Shown here piece by piece: positions 1 to 12,528 of a stretch of 64,000 bases of DNA. The DNA lies in assembly GCA_002269645.1 (NCBI GenBank), contig NIVC01000825.1, positions 124,001 through 188,000 of the forward strand, given 5' to 3'. The position numbers and the translations under genes are program-made. A model generated the notes under the pieces. It searched no databases, was not told the origin of the DNA, and was given only the letters and a program-made list of their open reading frames with translations. Source of the DNA: Macrostomum lignano. Lineage: Eukaryota. Position 1 is the stretch's first letter. Every line of letters begins with the position of its first letter.

Positions 1-160
1 TCTCATCATCTAGATCTCATCTATCCCGTCATCTAGATCCCATCTATCCTACCATCTAGATCTCATTTATCCCATCATCTAGATCCCATCTATCTCGTCA
101 TTCAGTTAATATATATCCCATTATCAAGACCCCATTATCAAGGTCCCACCACCAAGATCC
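1..160. repeat. Degenerate tandem repeat (ATCTAGATCCCATCT-like), intronic
   Basis: Several imperfect copies of atctagatc(c/t)catct at the window start. Confidence 0.6.
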
Positions 161-209
161 CATTATCGAGATACGATCCTCAAGATCCCATCACCAAGCT
201 CCCACTCAC

Positions 210-464
210 TCAGATTGATGATCTGGAAGGTGTCCCGGTTGCCGGGGATTTCGCCAGCCACCCTCTCCTTAGCAACATGAGCGCCGTAGGTGATGATGTA
301 CTTGTCTGGCAGCACGTGAGACGGCCGGATCCATGACAGCAGGATGGAGTCCGGCTTGCCAATGGGTATCAGCTCTTTAATCCGTAGCTGTTCGGCCAGC
401 GCCTCCGTGGGGGCCGATTGGCGATTTGTAGAATCCGCCATAGTTCCGGAATTAATCGATAGGT
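210..464 (-). CDS. Ig/FN3 protein exon (FN3 domain); gene continues off the left edge
   Basis: TTTGCAG acceptor and GTGAGT donor; ...DSILLSWIRP...YIITYG...IPGNRDTFQIINL is an FN3 pattern; phase 1 matches the upstream exon. Confidence 0.75.
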
Positions 465-872
465 CTGCAAATTTTGGCGCGAATTTAAATTTCAAAATGT
501 ACTAAACTCCAGAATTGAATATCAAACAAACACTGGAAAAGTTTATAAGCCCACAATAGTTGACAAGCAGAATTTTATAGTCAAGAGTCACAGGATCACC
601 TAAGCGTCAAGCAAGCAACTGGAGTCAGAATGTTCCACAGAGCGAACCAGTTGGAGGCAATAAACAGAGGCAGCAAATGTTTTTATTGTTATTATCATAG
701 CATCCTGTCTAGCGGGGACACGGCAATTCTAAACTGCTGCAATGCGTTCAGCATGATTTCAAACCACGTGATTTCGTATAAAATTCGACTAGAGTTCGGG
801 TGAAGGGGTTAGCGACAAGGTGGCAGCGCATTGAGGACTTTATTATGCTAGAAGGACCTGGGCTCGACTCCA

Positions 873-1400
873 AATGTCAGGGGCACCAAATGAGGTATCA
901 GGTGAACCAAATCAAATGTCAGGTGAGCCAAATCAAATGTCAGGTGAGCCAAATAAGGTGTCAAGGGGGCCAAATGAGGTGTCAGGGGGAGCCAAATGAG
1001 GTGTCAGGGAGAGCGAAATGAGGTGTCAGGGGGGCCAAATGAGGTGTTAGGCGGAGCCAAATGAGGCGTCAGGGGAGCCAAATGAGGTGTCAGGGGGAGC
1101 CAAATGAGGTGTCAGGGGAGCCAAATGAGGTGTCAGGGGGGTCAAATGAGGCGTCAGGGGAGCCAAATGAGGTGTCAGGGAGAGCCAAATGAGGTGTCAG
1201 GGGGGCCAAATGAGGTGTCAGGGGGAGCCAAATGAGGTGTCAGGGGGAGCCAAATGAGGTGTCAGGGGGAGCCAAATGAGGCGTCAGGGGAGCCAAATGA
1301 GGTGTCAGGGGAGCCAAATGAAGTGTCAGGGGAGCCAAAGGTGTCAGGGGAGCCAAATGAAGTGTCAGGGGAGCCAAATGAGGTGTCAGGGGAGCCAAAC
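873..1400. repeat. Intronic minisatellite, ~21-22 bp unit (CCAAATGAGGTGTCAGGGGAG)
   Basis: Direct tandem copies. Confidence 0.95.
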
Positions 1401-1445
1401 CAGATGTGGGATGGCAGATTGCTAAAATCCGAGCTCCGAACTCAC

Positions 1446-1936
1446 AGGCGTTCCGGCGGCCAGTGTCGAACGGCAGCCAGTCGGTGAAGGCGCCAACAAA
1501 GCCGGCGGCAGTGCGAGCGGCCACGCGGACAAGAAACCGCCGCCTAGCAGGCAGGCCTGGCGGCAGCTGGCATTCAAGGCCGGCCACGGTCAGCAGCCGC
1601 TGTTCATTGTTGTCGTCGTCATCGTCAACGGTTGCAGCCGGTCGATAGGCGACAATATAGTCGGCAATCTCGGAGTCGGCCGCAGACTGTGGCGGTTGCC
1701 AGGCAACGTGCACAACGCCGTCTCGAGACCAGGCGGTGAGGCCGGACGGCCGAGCGATATTAGGTTGGCCGAGGCCGATTACTAGGCTGGCCGACGGGGA
1801 GAACCGGCCGTCCGGGCCAAGGATTCTAGCCGACAGGCGATTCGTCGAGCGGCCGATGGGCAGATCGGCCAATGTGGCCGAGCAGCTGGCCGAGGTGACG
1901 GCCGGGCCGCTGCTGGGTGGAGGCTGAAGTCGCAGT
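1446..1936 (-). CDS. Ig/FN3 protein exon (end of one FN3 plus a full FN3)
   Basis: CCCTTCTAG acceptor and GTGAGT donor; VHVAWQPP...DYIVAYRP...FLVRVAARTAAGFVG; phases 2/1 fit both neighbours. Confidence 0.8.
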
Positions 1937-2005
1937 CTAGAAGGGAGAAAGTGTAAGCGTTTGAACTGATGAAGACCGCGAACGTCTATCAGCTGCTGAT
2001 AAGCA

Positions 2006-2330
2006 CAGATGCTTCAGTGGGTGACTCCACCCCTACCAGATGCTTCAGTGGGTGACTCCACCCCTACCAGATGCTTCAGTGGGTGACTCCACCCCTACCA
2101 GATGCTTCAGTGGGTGACTCCACCCCTACCAGATGCTTCAGTGGGTGACTCCACCCCTACCAGATGCTTCAGTAGGTGACTACACCCCTACCAGATGCTT
2201 CAGTGGGTGACTCCAACCCTACCGGATGCTTCAGTGGGTGACTCCACCCCTACCGGATGCTTCAGTGGGTGACCACCCCTACCGGATGCTTCAGTGGGTG
2301 ACTCTACCCCTACCGGATGCTTTATTGGGT
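2006..2330. repeat. Intronic minisatellite, 31 bp unit x ~10 (CAGATGCTTCAGTGGGTGACTCCACCCCTAC)
   Basis: Head-to-tail copies with no spacers. Confidence 0.95.
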
Positions 2331-3194
2331 GAAATCAAAGGTTTCAATGCTTGTAAAAGTCAGGTTTAAGTTCAGCTTTTTGTTGTCCAACCAATGTCGG
2401 AATGAACAAAATAAAGACGTGGCTGGTGGCCGGCACACAGGCAGGAGGGCACAGATAAATGGCAGTGTGGGAAATCTCCCTGAAGGGACCGCAGCCGCTA
2501 CCCCCTCTCCTTGCCCTGTGCCACCGGAAACCGGCATTATTTCCTCATTTTCCACTTTCCCGCCAGCGCGACCCGGCCGAGCCCACAGAAACTCGACGCC
2601 AATCTGGCTGGGAATTTTATCCCATTCCCAACCCCCACTCCACTCCCCGCTCAGCCAAGCGCTCAATAATTCTCTAGCCCCACTAGTCTCGGGCCTCCCA
2701 AATCACTTGAAGTCGATTTAGCTGCAACCATATCAGGCTGCAATGGCAGCAGAAACACTGCTAGCTTTGGTTTATCGCAATCAATTTCTCCCTACCACCC
2801 CCCTGTTTTCCCCAGATTCCTTCATCAACCATCTAATTTCCACTCAAGCAGCCAGCTCATTGCTCTCCCGTTTGGGGGATTTCGAAAACGGAGACAGATA
2901 CAAGGAGATGGGCGCACTGGGCCGCAACAACAGGACATTGCTGGACATGCGCTAGTGGGTATTTAATGAAAGGCGTGCGCCTTATCTAGCAGCAGCAGGG
3001 CATTAGTTTTGTAGGGGGGGGGGGGGGGAGGGGTCGAATGTAAAAATGCAAGCGGCTGCAAAATATGCGACCTTCGGGTCTCAAGTGGGATTTCCTGGCT
3101 TACTGAATTAGTAAGCATGTCAAGACTAGGGAAGATCCCTACATATGATTTAGACTGCAACTAATATCCGAGCTATTCCATTCTGGTAACATGG

Positions 3195-4618
3195 AGCGAT
3201 TCTTCTAGCAGGTCAAGGGCGATTCTTCTAGCAGGTCAAGGGCGATTCTTCTAGCAGGTCAAGGGCGATTCTTCTAGCAGGTCAAGGGCGATTCTTCTAG
3301 CAGGTCAGGGGCGATTCTTCTAGCAGATCAAGGGCGATTCTTCTAGCAGATCCAGGGCGATTCTTCTAACAGGTCAAGGGCGATTTTTCTAGCAGGTCAA
3401 GGGCGATTCTTCTAGCAGGTCAGGGGCGATTCTTCTAGCAGATCAAGGGCGATTCTTCTAGCAGATCCAGGGCGATTCTTCTAGCAGATCAAGGGCGATT
3501 CTTCTAGCAAGTCAAGGGCGATTCTTCATTCTTCTAGCAGGTCAGGGGCGATTCTTCTAGCAGATCAAGGGCGATTCTTCTAGCAGATCAAGGGCGATTC
3601 TTCTAGCAGATCAAGGGCGATTCTTCTAGCAAGTCAAGGGCGATTCTTCAATCTTCTAGCAGATCAAGGGCGATTTTTCTAGCAGATCAAGGGCGATTTT
3701 TCTAGCAGATCAAGGGCGATTTTTCTAGCAGATCAAGGGCGATTCTTCTAGCAGATCAAGGGCGATTCTTCTAGCAGATCAAGGGCGATTCTTCTAGCAG
3801 ATCAAGGGCGATTCTTCTAGCAGATCAAGGGCGATTCTTCTAGCAAGTCAAGGGCGATTCTTCAATCTTCTAGCAGATCAAGGGCGATTTTTCTAGCAGA
3901 TCAAGGGCGATTTTTCTAGCAGATCAAGGGCGATTTTTCTAGCAGATCAAGGGCGATTCTTCTAGCAGATCAAGGGCGATTCTTCTAGCAGATCAAGGGC
4001 GATTCTTCTAGCAGGTCAAGGGCGATTCTTCTAGCAGGTCAAGGGCGATTCTTCTAGCAGGTCAGGGGCGATTCTTCTAGCAGATCAAGGGCGATTCTTC
4101 TAGCAGATCCAGGGCGATTCTTCTAGCAGATCAAGGGCGATTCTTCTAGCAAGTCAAGGGCGATTCTTCATTCTTCTAGCAGGTCAGGGGCGATTCTTCT
4201 AGCAGATCAAGGGCGATTCTTCTAGCAGATCAAGGGCGATTCTTCTAGCAGATCAAGGGCGATTCTTCTAGCAAGTCAAGGGCGATTCTTCAATCTTCTA
4301 GCAGATCAAGGGCGATTTTTCTAGCAGATCAAGGGCGATTTTTCTAGCAGATCAAGGGCGATTTTTCTAGCAGATCAAGGGCGATTCTTCTAGCAGATCA
4401 AGGGCGATTCTTCTAGCAGATCAAGGGCGATTCTTCTAGCAGATCAAGGGTGATTCTTCTAGCAGATCAAGGGCGATTCTTCTAGCAGATCAAGGGCGAT
4501 TCTTCTAACAGGTCAAGGGCGATTTTTCTAGCAGATCAAGGGTGATTTTTCTAGCAGGTCAAGGGCGATTCTTCTAGCAGATCAAGGGTGATTTTTCTAG
4601 CAGGTCAATGGCGATTTT
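3195..4618. repeat. Intronic minisatellite, 23 bp unit (CAAGGGCGATTCTTCTAGCAGAT)
   Basis: About 60 tandem copies with variant blocks. Confidence 0.95.
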
Positions 4619-4672
4619 GTCAGCCCCAGAAAGACAAAGGACACAAAGATATAATTATATATAGTTACTCAC

Positions 4673-4775
4673 TCAATTCTCAAGCAGGTGGCCGGCTCCG
4701 GCCGGTCCCAGCCGACTCGGACAGTCCGGCCAGCAGTCTCGGACAAAATACGCAGGTTAATCAAGCGATGCGGCG
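4673..4775 (-). CDS. Ig/FN3 protein exon (start of FN3)
   Basis: CTCTTCTCAG acceptor and GTGAGT donor; PHRLINLRILSETAGRTVRVGWDRP; joins in frame to exon 1446-1936. Confidence 0.7.
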
Positions 4776-4883
4776 CTGAGAAGAGGAGAAGAATTGACAA
4801 AGGGATCGGAGATCAGGCGTGTTTCATTGGGCTACAATATGAAAAAAATAAGTGAGAACAGGTAAGTGTAATTAATAACTCAC

Positions 4884-4942
4884 CTGCATTCAGATGACCA
4901 TCGGGTAAGCTTCGCCGCAAACGCTGGTTGCCATGCCGCCAC
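4884..4942 (-). CDS. Ig/FN3 protein small exon
   Basis: TATTCTCAG acceptor and GTGAGT donor; 59 nt; phase 2/1 consistent with both neighbours. Confidence 0.55.
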
Positions 4943-5598
4943 CTGAGAATAGTGAGTATTCGTCCAGCATCACTAACTGTAACACCACTGACTACTACTA
5001 CAGCCTCGACAGTTAATACTGCGATAATTAGCCAGCAATAAGTCTTTGTAGAATCTGCATGCATAGCAAATCCTTGTTGAAACTATGTAGTTTAATTGCC
5101 AATATTAATACAGATACAATGCTATGCTAGCAGCATGTTAATTCAAGAAATAAAGATAAAAATAACAGTGAATCTCCTATTGAGGATAAATAGTCAAGTT
5201 TTAGGAGGAAATCTTAGAGGCTTATAGAGGTTGAGAGAGAGAGAGAGCGGGTCGGAGGCTGCCCCTCTCTCAACGATTGCGTGTTGGTCCAATTCCAAAA
5301 ACAGAAGCAACCAAACCCAGTAAGTCGAATCAGCCAATGACAGAAAGCCAAGGATTTGCGCGTACGCTTCTCTCCAACTCTCCAACTGGCCCAGGGCGAT
5401 GGGGGTTGGAGGGAGGTGGCAAAGCATTGGCCGACTGGGCAGGGGAACAGATGCGTCACTTCATCAATGCAGTTGGCCAAGTTCAATACCTCAGACTTGT
5501 TAGTTTACTTAAGCTGGCCAATCCTCCCCGTGTATGGCCCCACCGGCCTCTAATGGGAGATAGATGGGAGCAGTATAAGCATTGGGATTCCGTGGGTT

Positions 5599-6332
5599 TG
5601 ATTAGGGCGATTCTCTGTGCTGGATTAGGGCGATTCTCTGTGCTACATTAGGGCGATTCTCTGTGCTGGATTAGGGCGATTATCTATGCTGGATTTGGGC
5701 GATTCTCTATGCTGGATTAGGGCGATTATCTATGCTGATTTGGGCGATTCTCTATGCTGGATTAGGGCGATTCTCTGTGCTACATTAGGGCGATTCTCTG
5801 TGCTACATTAGGGCGATTCTCTGTGCTACATTAGGGCGATTCTCTGTGCTACATTAGGGCGATTCTCTGTGCTGGATTAGGGCGATTCTCTCTGCTGGAT
5901 TAGGGCGATTCTCTGGGTGGATTAGGGCGATTCTCTGGGTGGATTAGGGCGATTATCTGTGCTGGATTTGGGCGATTCTCTATGCTGGATTAGGGCGATT
6001 CTCTGGGTGGATTAGGGCGATTCTCTGGGTGGATTAGGGCGATTCTCTGGGTGGATTAGGGCGATTCTCTGTGCTGGATTAGGGCGATTCTCTTTGCTGG
6101 ATTAGGGCGATTCCCTATGCTGGATGAGGGCGATTCTCTTTGCTGGATTAGGGCGATTCCCTATGCTGGAATGCTGGATTAGGGCGATTCTCTATGCTGG
6201 ATTAGGGCGATTCTCTATGCTGGATGAGGGCGATTCTCTATGCTGGATGAGGGCGATTCTCTATGCTGGATGAGGGCGATTCTCTATGCTGGATGAGGGC
6301 GATTCCCTGTGCTGGATTAGGGGCGATTCTCT
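5599..6332. repeat. Intronic minisatellite, 23 bp unit (TTAGGGCGATTCTCTGTGCTGGA)
   Basis: About 30 tandem copies; shares the core AGGGCGATTCT with array 3195-4618. Confidence 0.95.
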
Positions 6333-6449
6333 GGAGGGAGATCGCCCTCAGGAAGGATAATCTCACGACAAAAACGATTACATATAGGAGAGAGCGAGAT
6401 TACAGAGCGAAATTGTGAGCAAAAATGTGATTAGTTATACTGATCTCAC

Positions 6450-6549
6450 CTGTCAGCCATTGCTGTAAAGGTAGCTTGATTTGCCGTTGAGCCAGTAGAC
6501 CAAGTCAGCAGACACGGCACTTTGTCAGCATTAGAATTGCTGCCATCTT
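6450..6549 (-). CDS. Ig/FN3 protein small exon
   Basis: TTGCTTGCAG acceptor and CAG/GTGAGA donor; 100 nt open frame, phase 1/2 consistent. Confidence 0.5.
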
Positions 6550-6955
6550 CTGCAAGCAAATACGGTGCCAACAGAAAATACAGTAGGCTTGATTTCTGCA
6601 ACATCTGCTACCACATCGCTTTTTTGCAATTCCAAAAATTCCAATTGTTGATTTTTTGACGCAGTTCTGTCAAAAAGAAAAGACCCAGGGGCCTGACAGA
6701 AAGTTCCTGATCGAGAGGAAAAGGAAGAGTAGAAAAGCGTTGCCAGGCATTGGAACTCGGGATTCTAGCCGAGTGTGAAAAACCACTGTATCCTTTTTAA
6801 CACGTAAAAAAATATGAACTAGCTTCTGTTGCTGGCTAAACAACAGAAGGAAATGTTGATGGCACAGGTAAGGATGAGAAAAAATCACGTACAGAACTTT
6901 CACAACACTGACAACAAAGTAAAAAACAGTCAGAGATCCTTGACAACACATTTAG

Positions 6956-7578
6956 ACACTCTTGACAATAGTCAGATATACTCTTGACAATAGTCAGATA
7001 TACTCTTGGCAATAGTCAGATATACTCTTGGCAATAGTCAGATATACTCTTGGCAATAGTCAGATATACTCTTGGCAATAGTAAGATATACTGTTGGCAA
7101 TAGTCAGATATACTCTTGGCAATAGTTAGATATACTCTTGGCAATAGTTAGATATACTATTAGCAATAGTCAGATATACTCTTGGCAATAGTCAGATATA
7201 CTCTTGGCAATAGTTAGATATACTATTGACAATAGTCAGATATACTCTTGGCAATAGTCAGATATACTCTTGGTAATAGTTAGATATACTATTAGCAATA
7301 GTCAGATATACTCTTGGCAATAGTCAGATATACTCTTGGCAATAGTTAGATATACTATTGACAATAGTCAGATATACTCTTGGCAATAGTCAGATATACT
7401 CTTGGCAATAGTTAGATATACTCTTGGCAATAGTTAGATATACTCTTGGCAATAGTCAGATATACTATTAGCAATAGTCAGATATACTATTGGCAATAGT
7501 TAGATATACTATTAGCAATAGTCAGATATACTATTAGCAATAGTCAGATATACTATTGGCAATAGTCAGATATACTCT
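6956..7578. repeat. Intronic minisatellite, 22 bp unit (GGCAATAGTCAGATATACTCTT)
   Basis: About 28 tandem copies. Confidence 0.95.
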
Positions 7579-8106
7579 TGATCACACAAGCAATCCGCTA
7601 CAACCCATTAAACCTACAGAAAATATATATGAAATGTTGCACCATGCCTTTACACTATGACAGACAGAACAGCAAACACACAGGCCGTAGTAGTTTAGAT
7701 ATTAGTAAAACATTTTTTTACAATTGTAGAGGGTACAGCGCAGACACAGGCGCCCGACTGTCTGGTGGTGCGACACTCAGCCCAACAAAAATATATAGAA
7801 GAATTCAGGCCACACACAGCTTTGCCATCTATGAAGAAATTCCTGCCCGGATGTCGGCGAAGCAGACTTTCTATAGATATGTATGGCTGTTCAGCAAACA
7901 GTTTTCTTGTCCGTTGCAATGACAATATAATATCTACTAGAAGAAATTAAAAGAATGAATCAGACTTTTGCCAATGGGCAAAGCCACTCTTATCAGAATC
8001 ATGCTACACAGGTACAGTTTTAGTAAGTGTACCAGCATTATCCTTTTAACAAACGAATAGATGTATAGCTGGTTCATACTGAGTACTTACTGAGTGGGTA
8101 TTTCTT

Positions 8107-8728
8107 ATCTCACCCCTGCAAGAGTGACCTCAGAATCTCGAAATCTCACCCCTGCAAGAGTGACCTCAGAATCTCGAAATCTCACCCCTGCAAGAGTGAC
8201 CTCGGAACCTCGAAATCTCACCCCTGCAAGAGTGACCTCAGAACCCTGAAATTTCATCCGAAACCCCGAAATCTTACCCCCTAACCCTGAAATCTCATCC
8301 GAAACCCCGAAATCTTACCCCCTTACCCTGAAATCTCATCCGAAACCCCGAAATCTCACCGAAGTCTCACCCCTAACCACGAAGTCTCACCCCTAACCCC
8401 GCAGTCACACCCCTGACCCTGAAATCTCACCCCTAATAACGAAATCTCACACTTATTCCGCAGTCTCACCCCTGACCCTGAAATCTCACCCCTAATAACG
8501 AAATCTCACACTTATCCCGCAGTCTCACCCCTGACCCTGAAATCTCACCCCTAATAACGAAATCTCCACTTATCCCGCAGTCTCACCCCTGACCCTGAAA
8601 TCTCACCCCTAATAACGAAATCTCACACTTATCCCGCAGTCTCACCCCCGACCCTGAAATCTCACCCCTAATAACGAAATCTCACACTTATCCCGCAGTC
8701 TCACCCCTGACCCTGAAATCTCACCCCT
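8107..8728. repeat. Intronic composite minisatellite (GAAATCTCACCCCT core, with higher-order units)
   Basis: Repeated aaatctcacccct motif within several unit types. Confidence 0.9.
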
Positions 8729-8758
8729 GGAAGGGTGTTAGCCCCACCCCAGACTCAC

Positions 8759-8955
8759 CCAACTGCCCGGAACAATGCGACTCCAACACCGCTTCTCTAG
8801 CAGAAGCGCCAGCATCGGTCAGTGGCAGCACCGTCAAGTCCCATCGGGCAACTACCATCAGCAGTTGACTAGCATCGACATCGTCGACAATCCAGCAGGT
8901 GTACAAGCCTGAGTCGGACAACTGCGCCGAGTTAATGATCAAACGAACTCCTGTC
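8759..8955 (-). CDS. Ig/FN3 protein exon (C-terminal half of an Ig domain)
   Basis: RLIINSAQLSDSGLYTCWIV is the Ig D-x-G-x-Y-x-C motif; joins in frame to exon 10488-10856. Confidence 0.85.
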
Positions 8956-9394
8956 CTGCATCAGGGCAACAAAAGACAAATGCATCAATTAGGGCGAACA
9001 CACACAATGCAGGACTTTAATTGAAGCAAACACAAGAAACATATTGGCCGGCAAATGATGATTGATGCCAGTCATTAGCCTAGAAAAAGCACCCTATGCC
9101 GGTACAAATCGCATAAAGGAAAGACCTGATTGAATGCCCTTTCACTGCCACCAATAATACGCTAATGAGTAAATCTCTCTAACTAGTTAAACGTATTCTA
9201 ATACACTATTAGAAACTTTCGTTCTTTAATCAATAAATAATATCACATAAATATCAGAATGCATGTTACAATTTTTTATCCTGCGTCAAAAATACGATTT
9301 GTTAATTGCTAAACTGATGGCCTCTGGCTTGGTAAAGCAACAAGGAAAACCATGAGTTTTTTGGAGGGGGTGGGTTAGTGCTATTTATACACAC

Positions 9395-10465
9395 TGCTTG
9401 ACCCAGCCAGACCTCCGCTTGACCCAGTCAGACTTCTGCTTGACCCAGTCAGACCTCCGCTTGACCCAGTCAGACCTCTGTTTGACCCACTCAGACCTCT
9501 GCTTGACCCAGTCAGACCTCTGCTTGACCTAGTCGGACCTCTGCTTGACCCACCCAGACCTCTGCTTGACCCACCCAGACCTCTGTTTGACCCACTCAGG
9601 CTTCTGTTTGACCCACTCAGGCTTCTGTTTGACCCACTCAGGCTTCTGTTTGATCCACTTAGACCTCGGTTTAACCCAATAAAACACATGCTTGACCCAC
9701 GCAGACCTCTGTTTGACCCACTCAGGCTTCTGTTTGATCCACTCAGACCTCGGTTTAACCCAATCAAACACAGGCTTGATCCACTCAGACCTCGGTTTAA
9801 CCCAATCAAACACATGCTTGACCCACTCAGACCTCTGTTTGACCCAATCAAACACATGCTTGATCCACTCAGACCTCGGTTTAACCCAATCAAACACATG
9901 CTTGACCCACTCAGACCTCTGTTTGACCCAAACAGACACATGCTTGATCCACTCAGACCTCGGTTTAACCCAATCAAACACATGCTTGACCCACTCAGAC
10001 CTCGGTTTAACCCAAACAGACACATTCTTGATCCACGCAGACCTCGGTTTAACCCAATCAAACACATGCTTGACCCACTCAGACCTCGGTTTAACCCAAT
10101 CAAACACATGCTTGACCCACTCAGACCTCTGTTTGACCCAAACAGACACATGCTTGATCCACTCAGACCTCGGTTTAACCCAATCAAACACATGCTTGAC
10201 CCACTCAGACCTCGGTTTAACCCAATCAAACACATGCTTGACCCACTCAGACCTCGGTTTAACCCAAACAGACACATTCTTGATCCACGCAGACCTCTGT
10301 TTGACCCAAACAGACACATTCTTGACCCACTCAGACCTCTGTTTGACCCAAACAGACACATTCTTGATCCACGCAGACCTCTGTTTGACCCAAACAGACA
10401 CATTCTTGACCCACTCAGACCTCTGTTTGACCCAAACAGACACATTCTTGACCCACGCAGACCTC
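9395..10465. repeat. Intronic minisatellite with 21 bp units grading into 42 bp units
   Basis: GACCCACTCAGACCTCTGTTT on the left; 42-mer with AACCCAATCAAACACATGCTT on the right. Confidence 0.95.
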
Positions 10466-10487
10466 CACTGTCACTCAAAAAACTCAC

Positions 10488-10856
10488 CTGACAATTTCAC
10501 CGTCACGCAACCATCGAATTCGACTAGAGTTGGTCACGTGACCGCAGGGCAGCGCAACAGACGAACTGACGGGAACTGCTAATGCAGCCTGTCTCAGTTT
10601 ATTCAATCGGATTCGATCAGCTCGAACAGACACCAACTGATTTTTATTATCCGATTGTATAAGAAATGCACTGCGAAATTTAGTCTGACTAATCGCTTCA
10701 GTTGTTGATTGACACCAATAGTAGCCTGTTTTGTTATCTGGCGACTTGAGTTTTATAGCTAGCAACAAGTTTGGCAACTGCAGTTGATACAGACGACTGC
10801 TGAATATTGACTGAACAGGCACAGCATTGTCTCTTTTGCTCCTGCTGTGCCACCAG
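10488..10856 (-). CDS. Ig/FN3 protein exon (end of one Ig, start of the next)
   Basis: TTTCTTTAG acceptor and CAG/GTGAGT donor; GYYWCQ then VALPC...IRWLRDG. Confidence 0.8.
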
Positions 10857-11774
10857 CTAAAGAAAGGAGAATTTACTAATTTAATAAAATTAATTAATGC
10901 ATGATTTGATAATAAACAATGAGAAAAACTTACACAACATTTGAAGTTAATGGACACTTGAGAATTATTGTGGCATTCAATGCAAAATTAGCAACTTGCA
11001 GTTGCCTTGCTGGCCTGGATAAATCTAAAAAGTCAAGTCAAGATCACTTTTTTGAAGTGAAATGCATTGAAAATCATAATTTAATGGATTCCAAAGTAGT
11101 CATTTAAAAAAGAAAACACTATAGCTAATACACTGTAACATTTGTTTGCCTCTGCTTTATAATTATTTTTGATATAAATAAAACTGATTATATATTATAT
11201 TTTTAACTTTATGGCTGATTTTGGATTTCAATTTAGCAATTTATCTTGATTTGGCTTATCTTACATAAAAATAATTTTATGTAAGGAGAAAGAAAGAAGA
11301 GACTGGCCTTCGTCTCTAAAATTACATAAAAATAATTTTATGTAAGATAAAAAACAATGATAATTTTTTTAATTTAAACAAATTTTAAATAAATCTTATT
11401 TTTATTTAAAATTCTTTTTATCTAGATTATGACAAATGCTTATGAACTACAAGATAGCCAAAAAAGCAATTATTTCCTAGATAGTCTGTCTATATAGGTT
11501 ATACAAGCTGTTGCAACCCGCGGATTTTGAACCTGGGGAATTCCATTCCCCGGACCTAATTTTGCATGTATTCTGAAGTCTAAAGCCATACACAAACAAA
11601 AACTTGTTGATAGATAGTAGGATAGAGGCAAACATAAAATAGAGTACAATTGTGTAAAATTAGGATTTGAGGCAAACATTTTATATTGTTGGCTGAGGTG
11701 CTATGCAGAATGTCAGGCAATATCTGTCTGACTCTAAAACATGTATGACTCATGTCTGACTCTAAAACTCTGGC

Positions 11775-12195
11775 CTCTACCTCTGACTCTCCCTACGTCC
11801 CTTGGATCCTTTGAAACTTCTATCTTCTCTTCTGTTTCCTCTCTTCTCTCTCACCCCTCGTCTCTCCTCTCTTTTCTCTCTCCTCTCCTCTCTTCTCTTT
11901 TTTCCTCTCTCCTCTCTCCTTTCTCCTCTCGTATCTTCCTTCTCTCTATTCTTTTTTCTATCCTCTCTTCTCTCTTGTCTGCTCTCTCGTCTCTCCTTTT
12001 CCTTTCTCCTCTTTTATCTCTTCTCATTTCTCTCCCCTCTTCTCATTCCTTACTCTCCACTCTATTAACACTTCCCTCTTCTTTCAACTCTCTCTTTTAC
12101 TCTCTTATCTCTCCTCTCTACTCTCTCTCCCCTCTTATATTTTCTCTTCTCTCCTCTCTCCATTCTTCTCTTGTATTTGCTCTCATCTCTCCTTT
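11775..12195 (+). repeat. Polypyrimidine (CT-rich) low-complexity tract
   Basis: About 400 bp almost entirely C/T on +. Confidence 0.9.
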
Positions 12196-12528
12196 CAACA
12201 AGTTACAACCAAGGAAATATACATTTCTTAGGTTTTGTCTACTGGCAGACAAAACAGCTTTATTTGGCAGACTAATAGGATGCAGGCCCAGTTTTGCAAT
12301 CTGTGGGAATGGACTTACTTAAGTGAATTAAAACAAATATACATACTTTTAATAGGCTTTTAATAGACATAGTGGCATGCTATGTATTATTGTACTATTT
12401 TTATACCTTATAGATATAGAAAATACAATTAAAAGTAGCATGCAAATCAAATCAAATCTTAGTGAGTGCCTTAATGCAAATCATAAGTTTAAAAATCTGT
12501 ATGTTAAATTATATACAGTCATGCTTGG

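Noticed and set aside
2006-2330. 31-bp repeat with an internal mini-palindrome resembling a CRISPR repeat (likewise the 28, 33 and 40-bp arrays)
   Set aside because: Head-to-tail units with no unique spacers, eukaryotic intron context, no cas genes
2317-2955. ORFs of 70-134 aa as possible extra exons
   Set aside because: Exons 4673-4775 and 1446-1936 already join in frame to give a complete FN3; no domain signal in these ORFs
5599-6332. TTAGGG in each unit, suggesting telomeric DNA
   Set aside because: Single hexamer embedded in a 23-bp unit, not a (TTAGGG)n tract
9381-10582. Four overlapping ORFs of 267-368 aa on both strands
   Set aside because: Products of a stop-free intronic minisatellite; the true exons flank it
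11741-12322. 193-aa Leu/Ser-rich ORF
   Set aside because: Arises from the CT-rich low-complexity tract
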